Source: Octopus vulgaris (lineage: Eukaryota). Taken from it: 64,000 nt of DNA. Below the pieces are notes generated by a model. That model ran no database searches. It was not told the origin of the DNA and saw only the letters and a program-made list of their open reading frames with translations. Position 1 is the first letter of the stretch; each line of letters opens with the position of its first letter. The position numbers and the translations under genes are program-made. Location of the stretch: positions 165,416,001 to 165,480,000 of the forward strand of contig OX597815.1 of the NCBI GenBank assembly GCA_951406725.2, written 5' to 3'. Shown here piece after piece: positions 13,035 to 24,978 of this stretch.

Positions 13035-14252
13035 GCATATACGCATTTATACATTCATATATATACATACATGTATGTACATATGTACATATGCATATAT
13101 GCATATATATTGGTATATACATATATACATACATGTATATATATATGTATACATGTATATATGTATGTATGTAAATACATACATACACACAAACACACAC
13201 ACACATACACATACATGTATATACAATATAATTTCATAAACGCGTATAACATTTCGTGATTTTTGCCTCGGTAACCTTTCGTGTCTCGAGGTTGTTTAAA
13301 TAATCATGGTCTTCCTTCACCTCTTAGAACTCATGACTCCACGACTCCTTCAACCTCAACGAAACGACAACCTTGAAAATGGGAAACGTATGATGAAAAT
13401 ATTGAACGATACATGTATATGTAATGACATATATTAAAATGCTACTGCTTTTTACGTAATCTATGTAATGTAATGCAATGTGATGCCAAACATTGGCACT
13501 AATCACCAATTAACTTTAACACGTAAAGAGACTAACGGAGCTGAAGTCAAATAACCGTTGAGCAGAATCAAGCTATCCTCCATCAAATTTATGATATAAA
13601 TAAAGACCGTAATTATTTGGAGAAAGGTTGTTACCCTTGTAAGCAAACAACTACAGCTGCAGTAGTAGCCGTTGCAACAACAACAATACCAGCATCTATA
13701 ATAATAACAAAAGTATCGATAATAGCCATAATAGCAAAGATAATAATCAAAAGGAGACGAATAAAAGAAAGGAAGGTAGAAAAGAAAGACTGGGGGGGGG
13801 GGAATATAAAGAAGGAAAGAAAAGAAAGGCAGAATGATATAACGGAAGAAAGAAAAGGTAGCAAGAGAAGCGAAAGGTTAGCTTCAAACAAATATCGAAC
13901 GTAAAATCTGGACGCATGAAGCGTGTAGCTCGTTGGCAATGGAAGCGTGAAAAAATGTAGAATCTAATCAATAACCATGACCTTCTACACAAACCCATTC
14001 ACAGGATCATGAATACATGCGCACGCACAAGCTCGCTCGCTCGCTCGCACAAAAATGACAATACACATGTATGTACAAGTACGCGTAAAATACCCATTAC
14101 ACAAGAGTTGCTACGTTATGTGATGATGTGTGAGAAAGGGACGTCGCTATTGTAAGCATAAAGTGACGAGGGTTAAGTGAAAAGAAAGACGATGATGATG
14201 ATGATGGTGATGATGATGACGAAGAAGAAGGAGGAAGAGAATAATAATAATA

Positions 14253-14476
14253 ATTCTTTTTCATTTTGGCACAAGGTCAGCAATCTGGAGAGGATTTCAC
14301 TTTAAGTCGACTTCATCAACCCCAGTCCATAACTGGTACTTTATTTTATCGACCCTGTAATGATGAAAGGCAAAGTTGATCTCGGCGGGGATTTAAACAA
14401 CGAACGTAAAAGCTCCGAAGAAATGCCGTAAAACATTTGTTGCGACGCCCTAAAGATTCTGCCAGTTCACCGCCTT
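14253..14476 (-). mobile_element. SINE A
   Basis: Reverse complement of the family A consensus, ending ...TTCTGCCAGTTCACCGCCTT. Confidence 0.85.
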
Positions 14477-14499
14477 AATGAATAATAATAATAATGATG

Positions 14500-14569
<70 letters not shown>

Positions 14570-14604
14570 TAATAATAATAAGAAGAAGAATAAGAAGAAT
14601 AAGA

Positions 14605-15012
14605 ATATCTCGGCGAAAGAGTTTGACAAGCTCAGAAAATATAAAGACCTGCTCATTGAAATTGAGAAAATGTGGCATCTCAAGACGGTTACAATACCAG
14701 TGATCGTAGGAGCACTAGGAATGATCAAGAAGGGAACCGAAAATTATATGAGAATGATCCCTGGCTTACCATCCCTGCAAGAAGTGCAAAAGATTGTCTT
14801 AACTGGTACATCACACGTATTGAGAAGAGCATTGTCGATGTGAGAGCTGTTACTGCCCATGTATTTTAATTTAACCTTAAAAAATTAAAAAATGAACGAA
14901 CTATTGAGTTTGGTTTAATGGCCTACCAATGCATACTATGAGTTTCTTTGCCCTAGGAGTCGGGAAGACGCTCGGCAAGAAATGGAAGCAAATTTGAAAG
15001 AAGAAAAAAAAA
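14605..15012 (+). mobile_element. Young 5'-truncated R4/Dong-like LINE 3' end inserted in (AAT)n
   Basis: Uninterrupted frame ISAKEFDKLRKYKDLLIEIEKMWHLKTVTIPVIVGALGMIKKGTENYMRMIPGLPSLQEVQKIVLTGTSHVLRRALSM* (stop at 14843), then 3' UTR and A-rich end; AAT-type repeats on both sides. Confidence 0.92.
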
Positions 15013-15024
15013 ATAATAATAATA

Positions 15025-15583
15025 AATGCTCTGATGCAGTACCAGACAGTGGATCTCATGGCTTCTGGTCTTAACTGATTGGAAGTGTTATCATGTACAT
15101 TGTTTTGTCTTGGTATAAAAGATGGACCATAGCAAATATTTTGCTCAATACCACAGATTTGCTTGTCAGTTGTTTGACCTCAACCAGTCGAGCATATCCC
15201 TTAGTGGCTGACGATATGCGCATCTCTGACCACAAGCAGAAGTAGTAGGGGAGCATCATAGCCGTGTGTTGAAAGGAATTCTTGGAGGTTTGGGTAATTC
15301 ACTTTTGGAAACATGGGTGGTTCGTACAACATCCTTAAACAATCCTTACTCAAGGACCTTTTGAGCGGGATAGACTACTCGACCAGAAGAACATTCTAGC
15401 TTGGCCCCACCTGCAAGGTCATGTGCAGTTTATCTTGATATGAGATCACCATGTCGCGCACATATGGTTGTGATGCATGTGCCTTGTGTGCCCTTATCAG
15501 ACGGGTAGTCATGATGGGTATACTGAGCTTCGTATATTTTACTCCAGTATCACTTTGATGGCATGCGCTGATCTCTCACTCAA
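15025..15583. mobile_element. ~560-bp non-coding interspersed repeat flanked by (AAT)n (second copy at 52590-53040)
   Basis: Colinear similarity between the two copies, e.g. GTGTTATCATGTACAT.GTTTTGTCTTGGTATAAAAGATG and CCCCACCTGCAAGGTCATG; both start next to AAT repeats. Confidence 0.8.
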
Positions 15584-15596
15584 TAATAATAATAAT

Positions 15597-16005
15597 AGTT
15601 TCAAATTTTAGCACAAAGCCAGTAATTACATCGACCCACCACCCTGTGCCCAACTGGTATTTATTTTATTGACCCAGAAAGACTGCAAGGCAAAATCGAC
15701 CTCGGCGGAAATTGAACTCAGAATGTAAAGACGGACGAAATGTCGGTATGCATTTCATCAGGTATGCTGACGTTTCTGCCAGCTCGCCGCCTTAATGATG
15801 ATGATAACAGCAACAACAACGATTATGTTTTCTAATTTGGGCGCAACGCCAGCAAGTCTGAAGGGTGGGGTTACTCGATAAAATTTTACAGATCCTAGAA
15901 GCATGAAAGAATAGTTTACTTAGGCAGCATATGAACTCGGTAAAAACTCGGAAACGGATACTGCAATGCAGTCTTACCCAAGCGCTAACATTTCTGCCAT
16001 CTCAA
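15597..16005 (-). mobile_element. Two SINE A copies (15597-15793 well preserved, 15825-16005 degraded)
   Basis: CTGGTATTTATTTTATTGACCC...GGCAAAATCGACCTCGGCGGAAATTGAACTCAGAA...CTGCCAGCTCGCCGCCTT. Confidence 0.8.
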
Positions 16006-16934
16006 TGTTAATAATGCAAGATGTAAAATATATAATAATCGGGATCAATACTCTAGGTGTCCCATTAATAAGTTACAGTTATAAATTTCCATTTGAAGCT
16101 AAACGAACGAACAAAACTTGACTGGAAAGGAAAGAAATTAATGTCTCTATTTAGGACACACAGCCCAAAATTTGATGTAGAAAAATTGTATTTACCAATG
16201 AATACAAAGCAGTGGGGGCCTTAAACAACTAGAAAATTATTACAAAATATTGTTTCTAGGAAACAAATATATTTCGTACAGAATCACTGAAAATCAATAC
16301 AAATTGCCTTGAAACATGGACAAAAAAATACTATTTCTGCCTCCTAGGAAACCAACAAGTAGTAAACAAAGCAGATGCTGATATAATATATAAATATAAA
16401 GGGAATGGAGAACTAGCAGAAATCGTGAAGCACTCAAAATCTAAGCTTAAATCGAAGCTATCAGGAAACCATGATAAATCCGCAACATGATCAGAAAAAG
16501 CTGAACAGATTTGAAGAAAAATGCAGAAAAATTTCAATACATGTTGAAAAGTGCAGGACTCAAAGCGACTATTGAAAAGAACTTAAATGAAGAGTAGGGT
16601 CAAAATCAGCGTCACCAGAAACCAAATTCATATAATAATAAAGCAGTATACAGCTACTGAAGAACATGATGTGATTAAAAAGAACCACATTATTTTTGGT
16701 TGCCCAGTCTTAGCTAAGAATTCATGTCAAGGCATGATAGAGTTGAAACTTACATACACTGGAATTTAGGCAAGCACTATGAAATACCAACAGAAAACAA
16801 AAACAGGAGTATATACAAGATTTCGAAGAAAGCATCAATACGCTGGGATATGTCAATACACACAAACAGAGAGATCGAGGTTATTTGGCTAGCTATTGTT
16901 ATCAAGGAACACTAGCCAAAAAAGAAATAATTTA

Positions 16935-18212
16935 CGAGGGGCGTTCAATAAGTAATGCCCCTGACCCACTTCCCATAGCAGTAGAGCAACGAAACTTGGC
17001 ACAGTTATTAGTCTTTTTCTACATAGGAACCACCCAGAGTTACGCATTTCTGCCATCGTTTGATGCAGCGCTGGAGACCGTTTTTGTAGAAGACTCCAGT
17101 TTGGTCCTCCAACCACGACGTGACTTTAGAAATCAAGGCTGCATCATCTGTGAAATGCTTTCCTTTCGAAAACAACTTCATGGCTGGGAAGAGGTGAAAA
17201 TCAGAGGGTGCAAGGTCAGGAGCGTAGGGGGGATGGGGGAGGAGTTCATAGCAGCACGCCTGTGCTACTGATCTGGCGACACGCGAGTTGTGAACCGGAG
17301 CGTTGTCCTGCAGGAGGAGGATGCCTTTGCTGATCTTGCCCCACCTCTTGATTTTGATAGCTTCTCATAATTTCCTCAAAAGTGAAGCATAATATGCTCC
17401 TGTAATTGTGGCACCTTTTGCCAGGAAATCTGTCATCACTACTCCGTCCTGGTCCCAGAAGACTGTGAGCATGACATTGCCAGCGGAGGGCTGCACCCTT
17501 GCCTTCTTTGGAGGAGGTGAGTCACGGTGCTTCCACTGCATTGACTGGGCTTTGGTCTCTGAATCATAGTGATGGACCCAGGTTTCATTCTGTGTAATCA
17601 GTCTTTTGAAAAATTTTGACTAAACTTCTTGGCACATCTCCAAATTCATCCTCGAGCACTCGACGCGTTCTTGTTTATGGAAAGGTGTGAGCAACCTGGG
17701 AATCCATCTGGCAGACACCTTTTGCATATGCAAATGGTCATGAATGATAGTTTCCACAGACGCGGTACTAATCTTGACCTCATGGCTATTTGGCGAATAG
17801 TTATGCATCGATCTTCCAAAATGGCAGCCTCAACTTGACGGACAGATGCCTCATCAATGGCAGAAGGGGGTGACCAGATCTGGGAGCTGTTTCCACAGAG
17901 TTCCGACCATGTTTGAATTCACGATGCCAGCGTTTTTTCAAGGTCATATGATGGGGCATCATCACCATAAGTTACTTTCATTTCATCAAAAGTCTCCTGT
18001 GGTGTGCGTCCTTTCAAATACAAAAACCGGATCACTGCTTGACACTCAACAGGCTCCATTTCACACTTGACTCAGTTCAAACACCTGTAAATCAGAAACC
18101 ACAATTAGCTCAGAGCTGTAATTTGTCACTTAATCTATAGAGATATAAATAATTGCACATGCAAAATTTCACTGCAAGTGGGTCAGAGGCATTACTTATT
18201 GAACGTCCCTCG
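16935..18212 (-). mobile_element. Full-length mariner DNA transposon with TA TSD
   Basis: TIRs CGAGGGGCGTTCAATAAGTAATGCCCCTGACCCACTT / AAGTGGGTCAGAGGCATTACTTATTGAACGTCCCTCG; TA at 16933-16934 and 18213-18214. Confidence 0.97.
17008..18059 (-). pseudogene. Mariner transposase (DD34D), inactivated
   Basis: MEPVECQAVIRFLYLKG...KVSARWIPRLLT...ITQNETWVHHYD...VMLTVFWD...LLQDNAPVH...HPPYAPDLAPSDFHLF...GSYVEKD*; one frameshift, in-frame stops and first catalytic D changed to N. Confidence 0.95.
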
Positions 18213-18254
18213 TATCTAAATCAGAATACAAATTCTGACAAAGGATAACATACT

Positions 18255-18484
18255 CTTTACTCTCTCTTTTTACTCTTTTACTTGTTTCAGTCATTTGAAT
18301 GCGGCCATGCTGGAGTACCGCCTTTAGTCGAGCAAATAGACCCCAGGACTTATTCTTTGTAACCCTAGTACTTATTCTATCGGTCTCTTTTGCCGAACCG
18401 CTAAGTTACGGGGACGTAAACACACCAGCATCGGTTGTCAAGCGATGTTGGGGGGACAAACACAGACACAGACATACACACACA

Positions 18485-18536
<52 letters not shown>

Positions 18537-18700
18537 TGTACACATTTATATGACGGGCTTCTTTCAGTTTCCAAGGCTTTGGTTGGTCGGCCCGAGGATA
18601 TAGTAGAAGACACTTACCCAAAGTGCCACGCAGTGGGACTAAACCCGTAACCATGTGGTTGGTAAGCAATTTACTTACCACACAGCCACTCCTACACCTA
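18255..18700 (-). mobile_element. SINE B, near full length, with central (CA)n
   Basis: TTTTACTTGTTTCAGTCATTTG...GCCGAACCGCTAAGTTACGGGGACGTAAAC...(CA)n...CTTACCACACAGCCACTCCT. Confidence 0.9.
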
Positions 18701-19261
18701 TGAGTATTTTTTGCAAACTACTTGCAAATGCAAGTTGTACTAGTTGAAAGTTACGCATACCGGATACTAGTAAGTTTATGAGGTCATCAGGAGAGAATAC
18801 ACGCCGTTTCGGGGCCTACCTCTCGACGGCATCATTGCGCACCGGCCCCCTGAAATGAGGCCCCGCTTGCTAGATCAACTGGTTATCAGGTTACGCTCCA
18901 TATTCTTTTTGCCATTGCTCATTGTCTCTTTTTAACCAAATCCAGTTGCTTGCTCTTTTCACTGTAGCTTGGATATCGCTTATGGTGGAATTTGTTTTAT
19001 ATAAAGATCTAGAAATAGAAATAATCAGAATGTGAGGCCTGATAACAAACAACCCCTATAGTAATAGATGCTTTAAGAATGGTAATAAACACACAGACAA
19101 ATACCTAGACAAGCCCTTACCCCCATATTATGCAACCAGCCCTCATATTACGCAGGGTACTTTCAATACAGTGCAATTGACAAAACCAAATCGTGCACTG
19201 CACGTAAGCAAGTCACATTAAGCTGCGCTCGGTAGTGGTGTGAACAATGACAATGGGATAA

Positions 19262-19449
19262 AAGAAGAAGAAGAAGAAGAAGAAGAAGAAGAAGAAGAAG
19301 AAGAAGAAGAAGAAGAAGAAGAAGAAGAAGAAGAAGAAGAAGAAGAAGAAGAAGAAGAAGAAGAAGAAGAAGAAGAAGAAGAAGAAGAAGAAGAAGAAGA
19401 AGAAGAAGAAGAAGAAGAAGAAGAAGAAGAAGAAGAAGAAGAAGAAGAA
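19262..19449. repeat. Pure (GAA)n, about 60 units
   Basis: Directly visible. Confidence 0.98.
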
Positions 19450-19643
19450 TTTTCTCTTGAGAATATAGACACAATTACGATTAAGTTAGTTTTTGGTTGA
19501 GGCGGAGGGGGTTGTAGGGTATGGGTGCCGGTGAGTTATCAATGGGATGGGATTAGTGAGGCTGCGTGGAGGAAAGAGTCTGAGAGTGAGCGATTGTCTA
19601 TATGAGGGCTTTGTATGTGACAGTTGGGGTAGTACGTACATAG

Positions 19644-19674
<31 letters not shown>

Positions 19675-19890
19675 TGTATGTATGTATGTATGTATGTGTG
19701 TGTGTATGTATGTATGTATGTATGTATGTATGTATGTATGTATGTATGTATGTATGCGTGTGTGTATGTATGTATTTATGTAAGTATGTATGTAAGTATG
19801 TATGTATGTTTGTATGAATGTATATGTATATATATATATATATGTGTGTGTGTATATATGTGTGTGTGTTGCAAATCTACAAACACACAC

Positions 19891-19929
<39 letters not shown>

Positions 19930-20259
19930 TAGATAGATAGATACGTACATACATGCAGCCAGAGATGGCTCCGATTCTACAATCTGAAGGTTCGCGAGAT
20001 GAAACTGACAGTCAATAGAAGATATTGATCTTTCCAATTACCAAAATATAATTACTCTGGAGCACCTTTGATCTTATGCCTAATCGGCCAGAGCCGACTT
20101 GGGGATAAATAGCCCAAAATATCTATTTGCTTTCTGTTTTCCTTTTATTCCCTTTGTTTCGTATTTCTTTACCTTTTCCGTTCTTCTTTCGAATTAGTTT
20201 ATGTCTCTCTCTCTAGACGATTTTCTCTCCGTCTTCAGACATACATATATACATACATA

Positions 20260-20322
<63 letters not shown>

Positions 20323-20761
20323 CTTATTTTTATTCGTTTCAGCCTTAAGGCTGTGGCAATGCTGGGAGTACGGTTTAACTCGAAACAAATGATGCTATGA
20401 ATAATGGCGTGTAAATATTGGGATAGAAAACCCTTTGTTGAAGGCTATCCGTGGGGCACGAAGTCACATCTGTTAATATGACAGAACTTCTATTATTGAA
20501 TCAATGCAATCCTTCGAATTTCTTATTTTAGGTACAGCTGGTAAGAATAACGTTTGTAAAAAGGATAGACCAGTTCCATTGATTATTTTAGTCCTACGGT
20601 AGAATGCTTGTATCATCTTCAAGACAGATAGCTTCTGTTCCTTCGGGTAGCCTTCGACAATGTTTTTCTTTATCTGTAGGGCTTTTATTCCAATATCTAA
20701 ATGCTATTATTTAAAAAAGAATTATATCGTGTTCCTTCAAAGTTTATAAATTCTGATCATG

Positions 20762-21000
20762 AAACACCGTCTTCGATGGTCAGGGCATGTAAGCAAGAAT
20801 GGAAGAGTCAAAGTTCCCACGGCAAATCTTATTCAGTGAGCTCACTTCAAGAAGACATCCACAGGGTTGTCCTCTTCGAAGATACAAGAACTAGTTCAAA
20901 GCAACTCTAAAGGCCACTGGAGTTGAGTCTAAATAATTTGAAACACAAGTCCGAGACAGTACCAAGTGGCGGCGTCCCATCACCATTGAAATCAAAAGCT
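20762..21000 (+). mobile_element. RTE-clade LINE C-terminal fragment
   Basis: HRLRWSGHVS / RMEESKFPRQILFSELTSRRHPQGCPLRRYKN*FKATLKATG...RDSTKWRR, matching the LRWxGHVxRM..RLPKQLLYGEL..GRP pattern. Confidence 0.75.
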
Positions 21001-21204
21001 TTAGAGCCACCAGAATGGATGGGGGAAATATGAATTCTGTAGACACGGACAAGTGAATTTTATTAGTGTGGTCTTGCAAGTCTACCAGATAGATGGAAGA
21101 GCATTGTAGAAAATGAAACACAGTATATTTTAAATTAAAGAAAAACTTTATATTAATTTTGAAAAAAAAAAGAAGTATAAAAAAACCACATTAATTATGT
21201 AATG

Positions 21205-21286
<82 letters not shown>

Positions 21287-21290
<4 letters not shown>

Positions 21291-21454
21291 TTGAAAACCC
21301 CACTAGAATGGGAGAAAGCGCTAATGATCTAAGTGATATGATATATATGTAAAAAATGTAATATATAAATAAATATCTGTAAATATAAACCATCCGATCT
21401 TCTGATTACCTCATTTCTTCTAATATATAATACCTGTACATCATCTCCAAACCT

Positions 21455-21460
<6 letters not shown>
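21287..21460 (+). mobile_element. Penelope-like terminal fragment in (TA)n, beginning with an HHR-like motif
   Basis: GAT-TTGAAAA-CCCCA(CTAGAA)TGGGA-GAAA-GCGC-TA-AT at 21288-21325; the remainder is shared with 12790-13000. Confidence 0.6.
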
Positions 21461-21541
<81 letters not shown>

Positions 21542-22047
21542 CACATATACACACATTTATGTATGCCTCTGTGTGTGTGGTGTGAGTTTGAATAGACACA
21601 CACTTGCACGCTTACTGATGTGCGCGTGTGTGTTACTGTGTGTATGCGTGCATGTTTTATTATAACACGGACTTCGCCTAAAATAATTTGGATTCGTTCC
21701 AAAACACATTTTACGTACGCGATTACACACGCACTTGCTCATATACATGAATATTAGGTTTGTAATGTGTTGTATACCAACAAAGGATAAGAAAACCTCA
21801 ATACAAAGTATAGAACAAAAGTGATTTTAAAATATGATGGGAGTTTCATCATGCAACAAATGAACCAGGATACAGAATATGTAGGTTATTTGTATTAGAA
21901 AAAAAAAGAAGAGAAAATCCTTACAAACAGTAAATATCAATATTAGCCTTTATTATCTTATATCATATTAAACGTCGGTGTATAGTTTTTTTTGAAACTG
22001 AAAGGACATTAAATATATTCGTATTAAGAAGGAAGAAAAAACTATAA

Positions 22048-22220
22048 ATAGGCGCAGTCGTGGCTATGTGGTAAAAAGCTTCCTTCATATCCACATGATT
22101 CTGAGGTCATTCCCTCTGCGTGCTGCCTTGGGCAAGTGTCTTCTACTATAGCCTCAGACTGGCCAAAGCCTTCTGAGTGGATTTGGTAATGCGAAAACTG
22201 AAAGAAGCCTGTCGTATATA
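22048..22220 (+). mobile_element. SINE B, 5' half
   Basis: GGCGCAGTCGTGGCTATGTGGTAAAAAGCT...CCTTGGGCAAGTGTCTTCTACTATAGCC...AAACTGAAAGAAGCC. Confidence 0.88.
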
Positions 22221-22394
22221 TATAATAAACATTATTCAAAGCACATTCTAAGTATGTTTACCTGCTGGAAATAACAATCAAAATTCTTATTTAAATCGTC
22301 GAAATACACTGATATTAACTACAGAAATCAACCGTCCGAAGGCAAACGGGCCAAGACAATCTCTCAACATACATTCAAGTATTTGGACTCAATT

Positions 22395-22975
22395 GGTACG
22401 GTTTCTGGATTGGCATAATAACCTCACCTTCCTCAGCACGCGTTACCATGATAGAGAGCTCCAACCCATATATTATATGACAAGGTATAAATAATAGTTA
22501 TTACATATTTTTTCTTTATTAGAGTTTACAGCAGTTTTCAGTAACCCTCTTAGGTACGTTGCTGATTGGTTTACTCAATTGGCCTATTGATCAGTTGGGA
22601 AAAATTGACCGACTTAAAAAAATTAATGCTACTTACGTTAGAGCCATTTCTGGTTTTATATATACTCTCCTATGCTGCGTACAGTCTCTCCTATGTAAGT
22701 AGTTGTCATGTTTCTGCACAGTCATCAGTACATCGTAAGCTATACACTATATTCCTAACCTTACAGTTAACCTGTAGGTTCATCCTACATACAACACACT
22801 TGTACTCCATACAGGGGGACTAATCAAAGGGATAGGTATTGCAGATCAGAGATTTTAAAGGGTCATCAGGCCTCTCTACTACTTTAATTCATAGATTAGC
22901 CTTACTTAATGTCTTTCTAAAACGGTGTGCCAGTTCGCCGCGAGGGTTAGCATCAACGAACATGACACTGGTATT
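22395..22975 (-). mobile_element. Penelope-like element 3' fragment with GIY-YIG endonuclease
   Basis: SVMFVDANPRGELAHRFRKTLSKANL*IKVVERPDDPLKSLICNTYPFD*SPCMEYKCVVCRMNLQVNCKVRNIVYSLRCTDDC / TTYIGETVRSIGE; a degenerate CTGAGGA...GAAACCGTA motif follows at ~22397-22438. Confidence 0.85.
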
Positions 22976-23316
22976 TTTTTTTTTGTCATATCAAGAGTTG
23001 GCCTTATATATCTTGTTACTGGTCCTTTCCGTGCTGTTCCAGGATTCACTCTTGTACAGCGGAAAGATCCCCTTTGCCCGCTGTACATGCGGTCCTCCAT
23101 CATGACCGCAGTCTAATAACTGAAACAAGTAAAAGATATAATAGTTTGTTGTCGAATTATTAGCTTGGTTCATAATAAAGTCGGTCTGTAATGCATTTTG
23201 GGATATGACGAATACGACTGATTGAGAAATTCTTGCCAAGGGAAAATATGAAGAGGAATTAGCGAAGCTAGCTATGGTAAAGAGGGCTTGTCAAACGGTT
23301 GAATTTGTTTGTTTGC

Positions 23317-23417
<101 letters not shown>

Positions 23418-23556
23418 TGTATGTGCGTGATTATACCGACATGTATGATTGTGTATTAAATATTTGTGTATCTAGGTTGAAATGGTTTCATAGAATTCAA
23501 TTACTCTGAGCGTTTTAATAGGAGCTAATGTAAGCATGGGAGGGTAATAATATTTG

Positions 23557-23639
<83 letters not shown>

Positions 23640-23772
23640 GTCGTGGCTGTGTGTTAAGATGTTTACTTACCGAGTTCCGATTTCAGTTCCACTGCGTGGC
23701 ACTCTGGCTGAGTGTCTTCTACTATAGCCTCTGGCAGACCAAAGTCTTGTGAATGGATTTCGTTGACCGAAA

Positions 23773-23775
<3 letters not shown>
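23640..23775 (+). mobile_element. SINE B, 5' half
   Basis: GTGGCTGTGTG...CCACTGCGTGGCAC...CTTCTACTATAGCC...GACCAAAG. Confidence 0.8.
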
Positions 23776-23832
<57 letters not shown>

Positions 23833-23836
<4 letters not shown>

Positions 23837-24150
23837 GAATGAGATAAAAATTCAAGGCTGTGAAAGATTTTAGAACATTTATAAATGGGCCTCACGGCTG
23901 TTTCCGGGATATTTTATATATCCCTTCATCGATGACGGTGTGAGAAAATGGTTAAGCAATAGTTATTTTAGTTAATATACGAAATAGAGAGTGAAGTGGA
24001 GGAATGAAAATAGACGTGAGATATGGAGGGATATTGCATCTTTAGATCCATTATTTAGGCAGAGTGGTATACATATAAGATTCCAGTACCTTGTGAGTAA
24101 GTTCCAATAGTATTTAAAAATGGTCATTCCAAGTATAGAGTTTGTACACA
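23833..24150 (-). mobile_element. Probable Penelope-like terminus with degenerate HHR
   Basis: Minus strand TCGATGA-AGGGATAT(ATAAA)ATATCCCG-GAAA-CAGCCGTG at 23892-23932; adjoins (TA)n. Confidence 0.45.
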
Positions 24151-24270
24151 GTGTTATTTAATAAAAAATAAATAAAACCAACGATTCAATAACACCGTGT
24201 ATATACGCATGTGTTATTTAATAAAAAATAAATAAAACCAACGATTCAATAACACCGTGTATATACGTAT
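24151..24270. repeat. Near-perfect 60-bp tandem duplication
   Basis: GTGTTATTTAATAAAAAATAAATAAAACCAACGATTCAATAACACCGTGTATATACG(C/T)AT occurs twice. Confidence 0.95.
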
Positions 24271-24978
24271 GTATACGCATGGTGCATGCCAACTTTTGAT
24301 AGTTATTGCGGACGGGTGTCCACGAAGCGAAGCATTTTCTGGAAAGGATTTCTGCAAGGTGAACTGTTCAGTTACTTATGCTATCTGTTGGGTAGCATAC
24401 ACTTATTGTCTTTCTGTTTTCCACTATTAAGTTCTCCAAGTTGCTGCTGCTTCTTCTTCTTCTTCTTCTTCTTCTTCTTCTTCTTCTTCTTCTTCTTCTT
24501 CTTCTTCTTCTTCTTCTCCTCCTCCTCCTCCTCGTTGTTGTTGTTGTTGTTGTTGTTGTTGTTCTTCTTCTTCTTCTTCTTCTTCTTTTTCTTCTTGTAT
24601 GTATGCATGCATGTATATATGTGTGTCTGTGTATTTGTCTTTGTGTGTTTGAGAAATAGTATTGGTTAGTTTACCTCCCCGTAACTGAGCAATTCGGCAA
24701 AATAGACCGATATAAATAAGTACCAGACGTTACTTTGAAAATAAGATAACTCTTCAAGGCATGACTCCAGCATGACCACACTTCAATGACTGAAACAAAT
24801 ACTAAATAAAAGACGTAAGACATTTATTTCTCGTTCCTCTCAAGCTGAGAGTTATCTGAAGCTCAGCGTAATTCATATTTAAACATCTTAACGTCTGTGG
24901 GTTCTGGCTTACCTCTTATTTTACTTGTATTTTAGCTTTTCTGTAACATTGGCATATATCATTATCTCCAGAAAAAAA

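Larger units (their letters stand above)
16020..19262 (+). mobile_element. Decayed R4/Dong-like LINE 3' half, split by a mariner, a SINE and an unknown insert
   Basis: IIGINTLGVPLISYS (~16035); HIIFGCPVLAKN..RHDRVETYIHWNLGKHYEIP..KASIRWDMSIHTNREIEV (16687-16915); resumes after the mariner (18215-18255) and again at ~18999 YKDLEIEIIRM. The 3' UTR GCTGCGCTCGGTAG (19222) matches the copy at 3911; (GAA)n follows. Confidence 0.8.

Noticed and set aside
19240-19500. Poly-Glu/Ser/Leu ORFs, plus the many YIYI, CVCV and THTH ORFs across the window
   Set aside because: Translations of (GAA)n, (TA)n, (CA)n and (TATG)n microsatellites; no coding signal.
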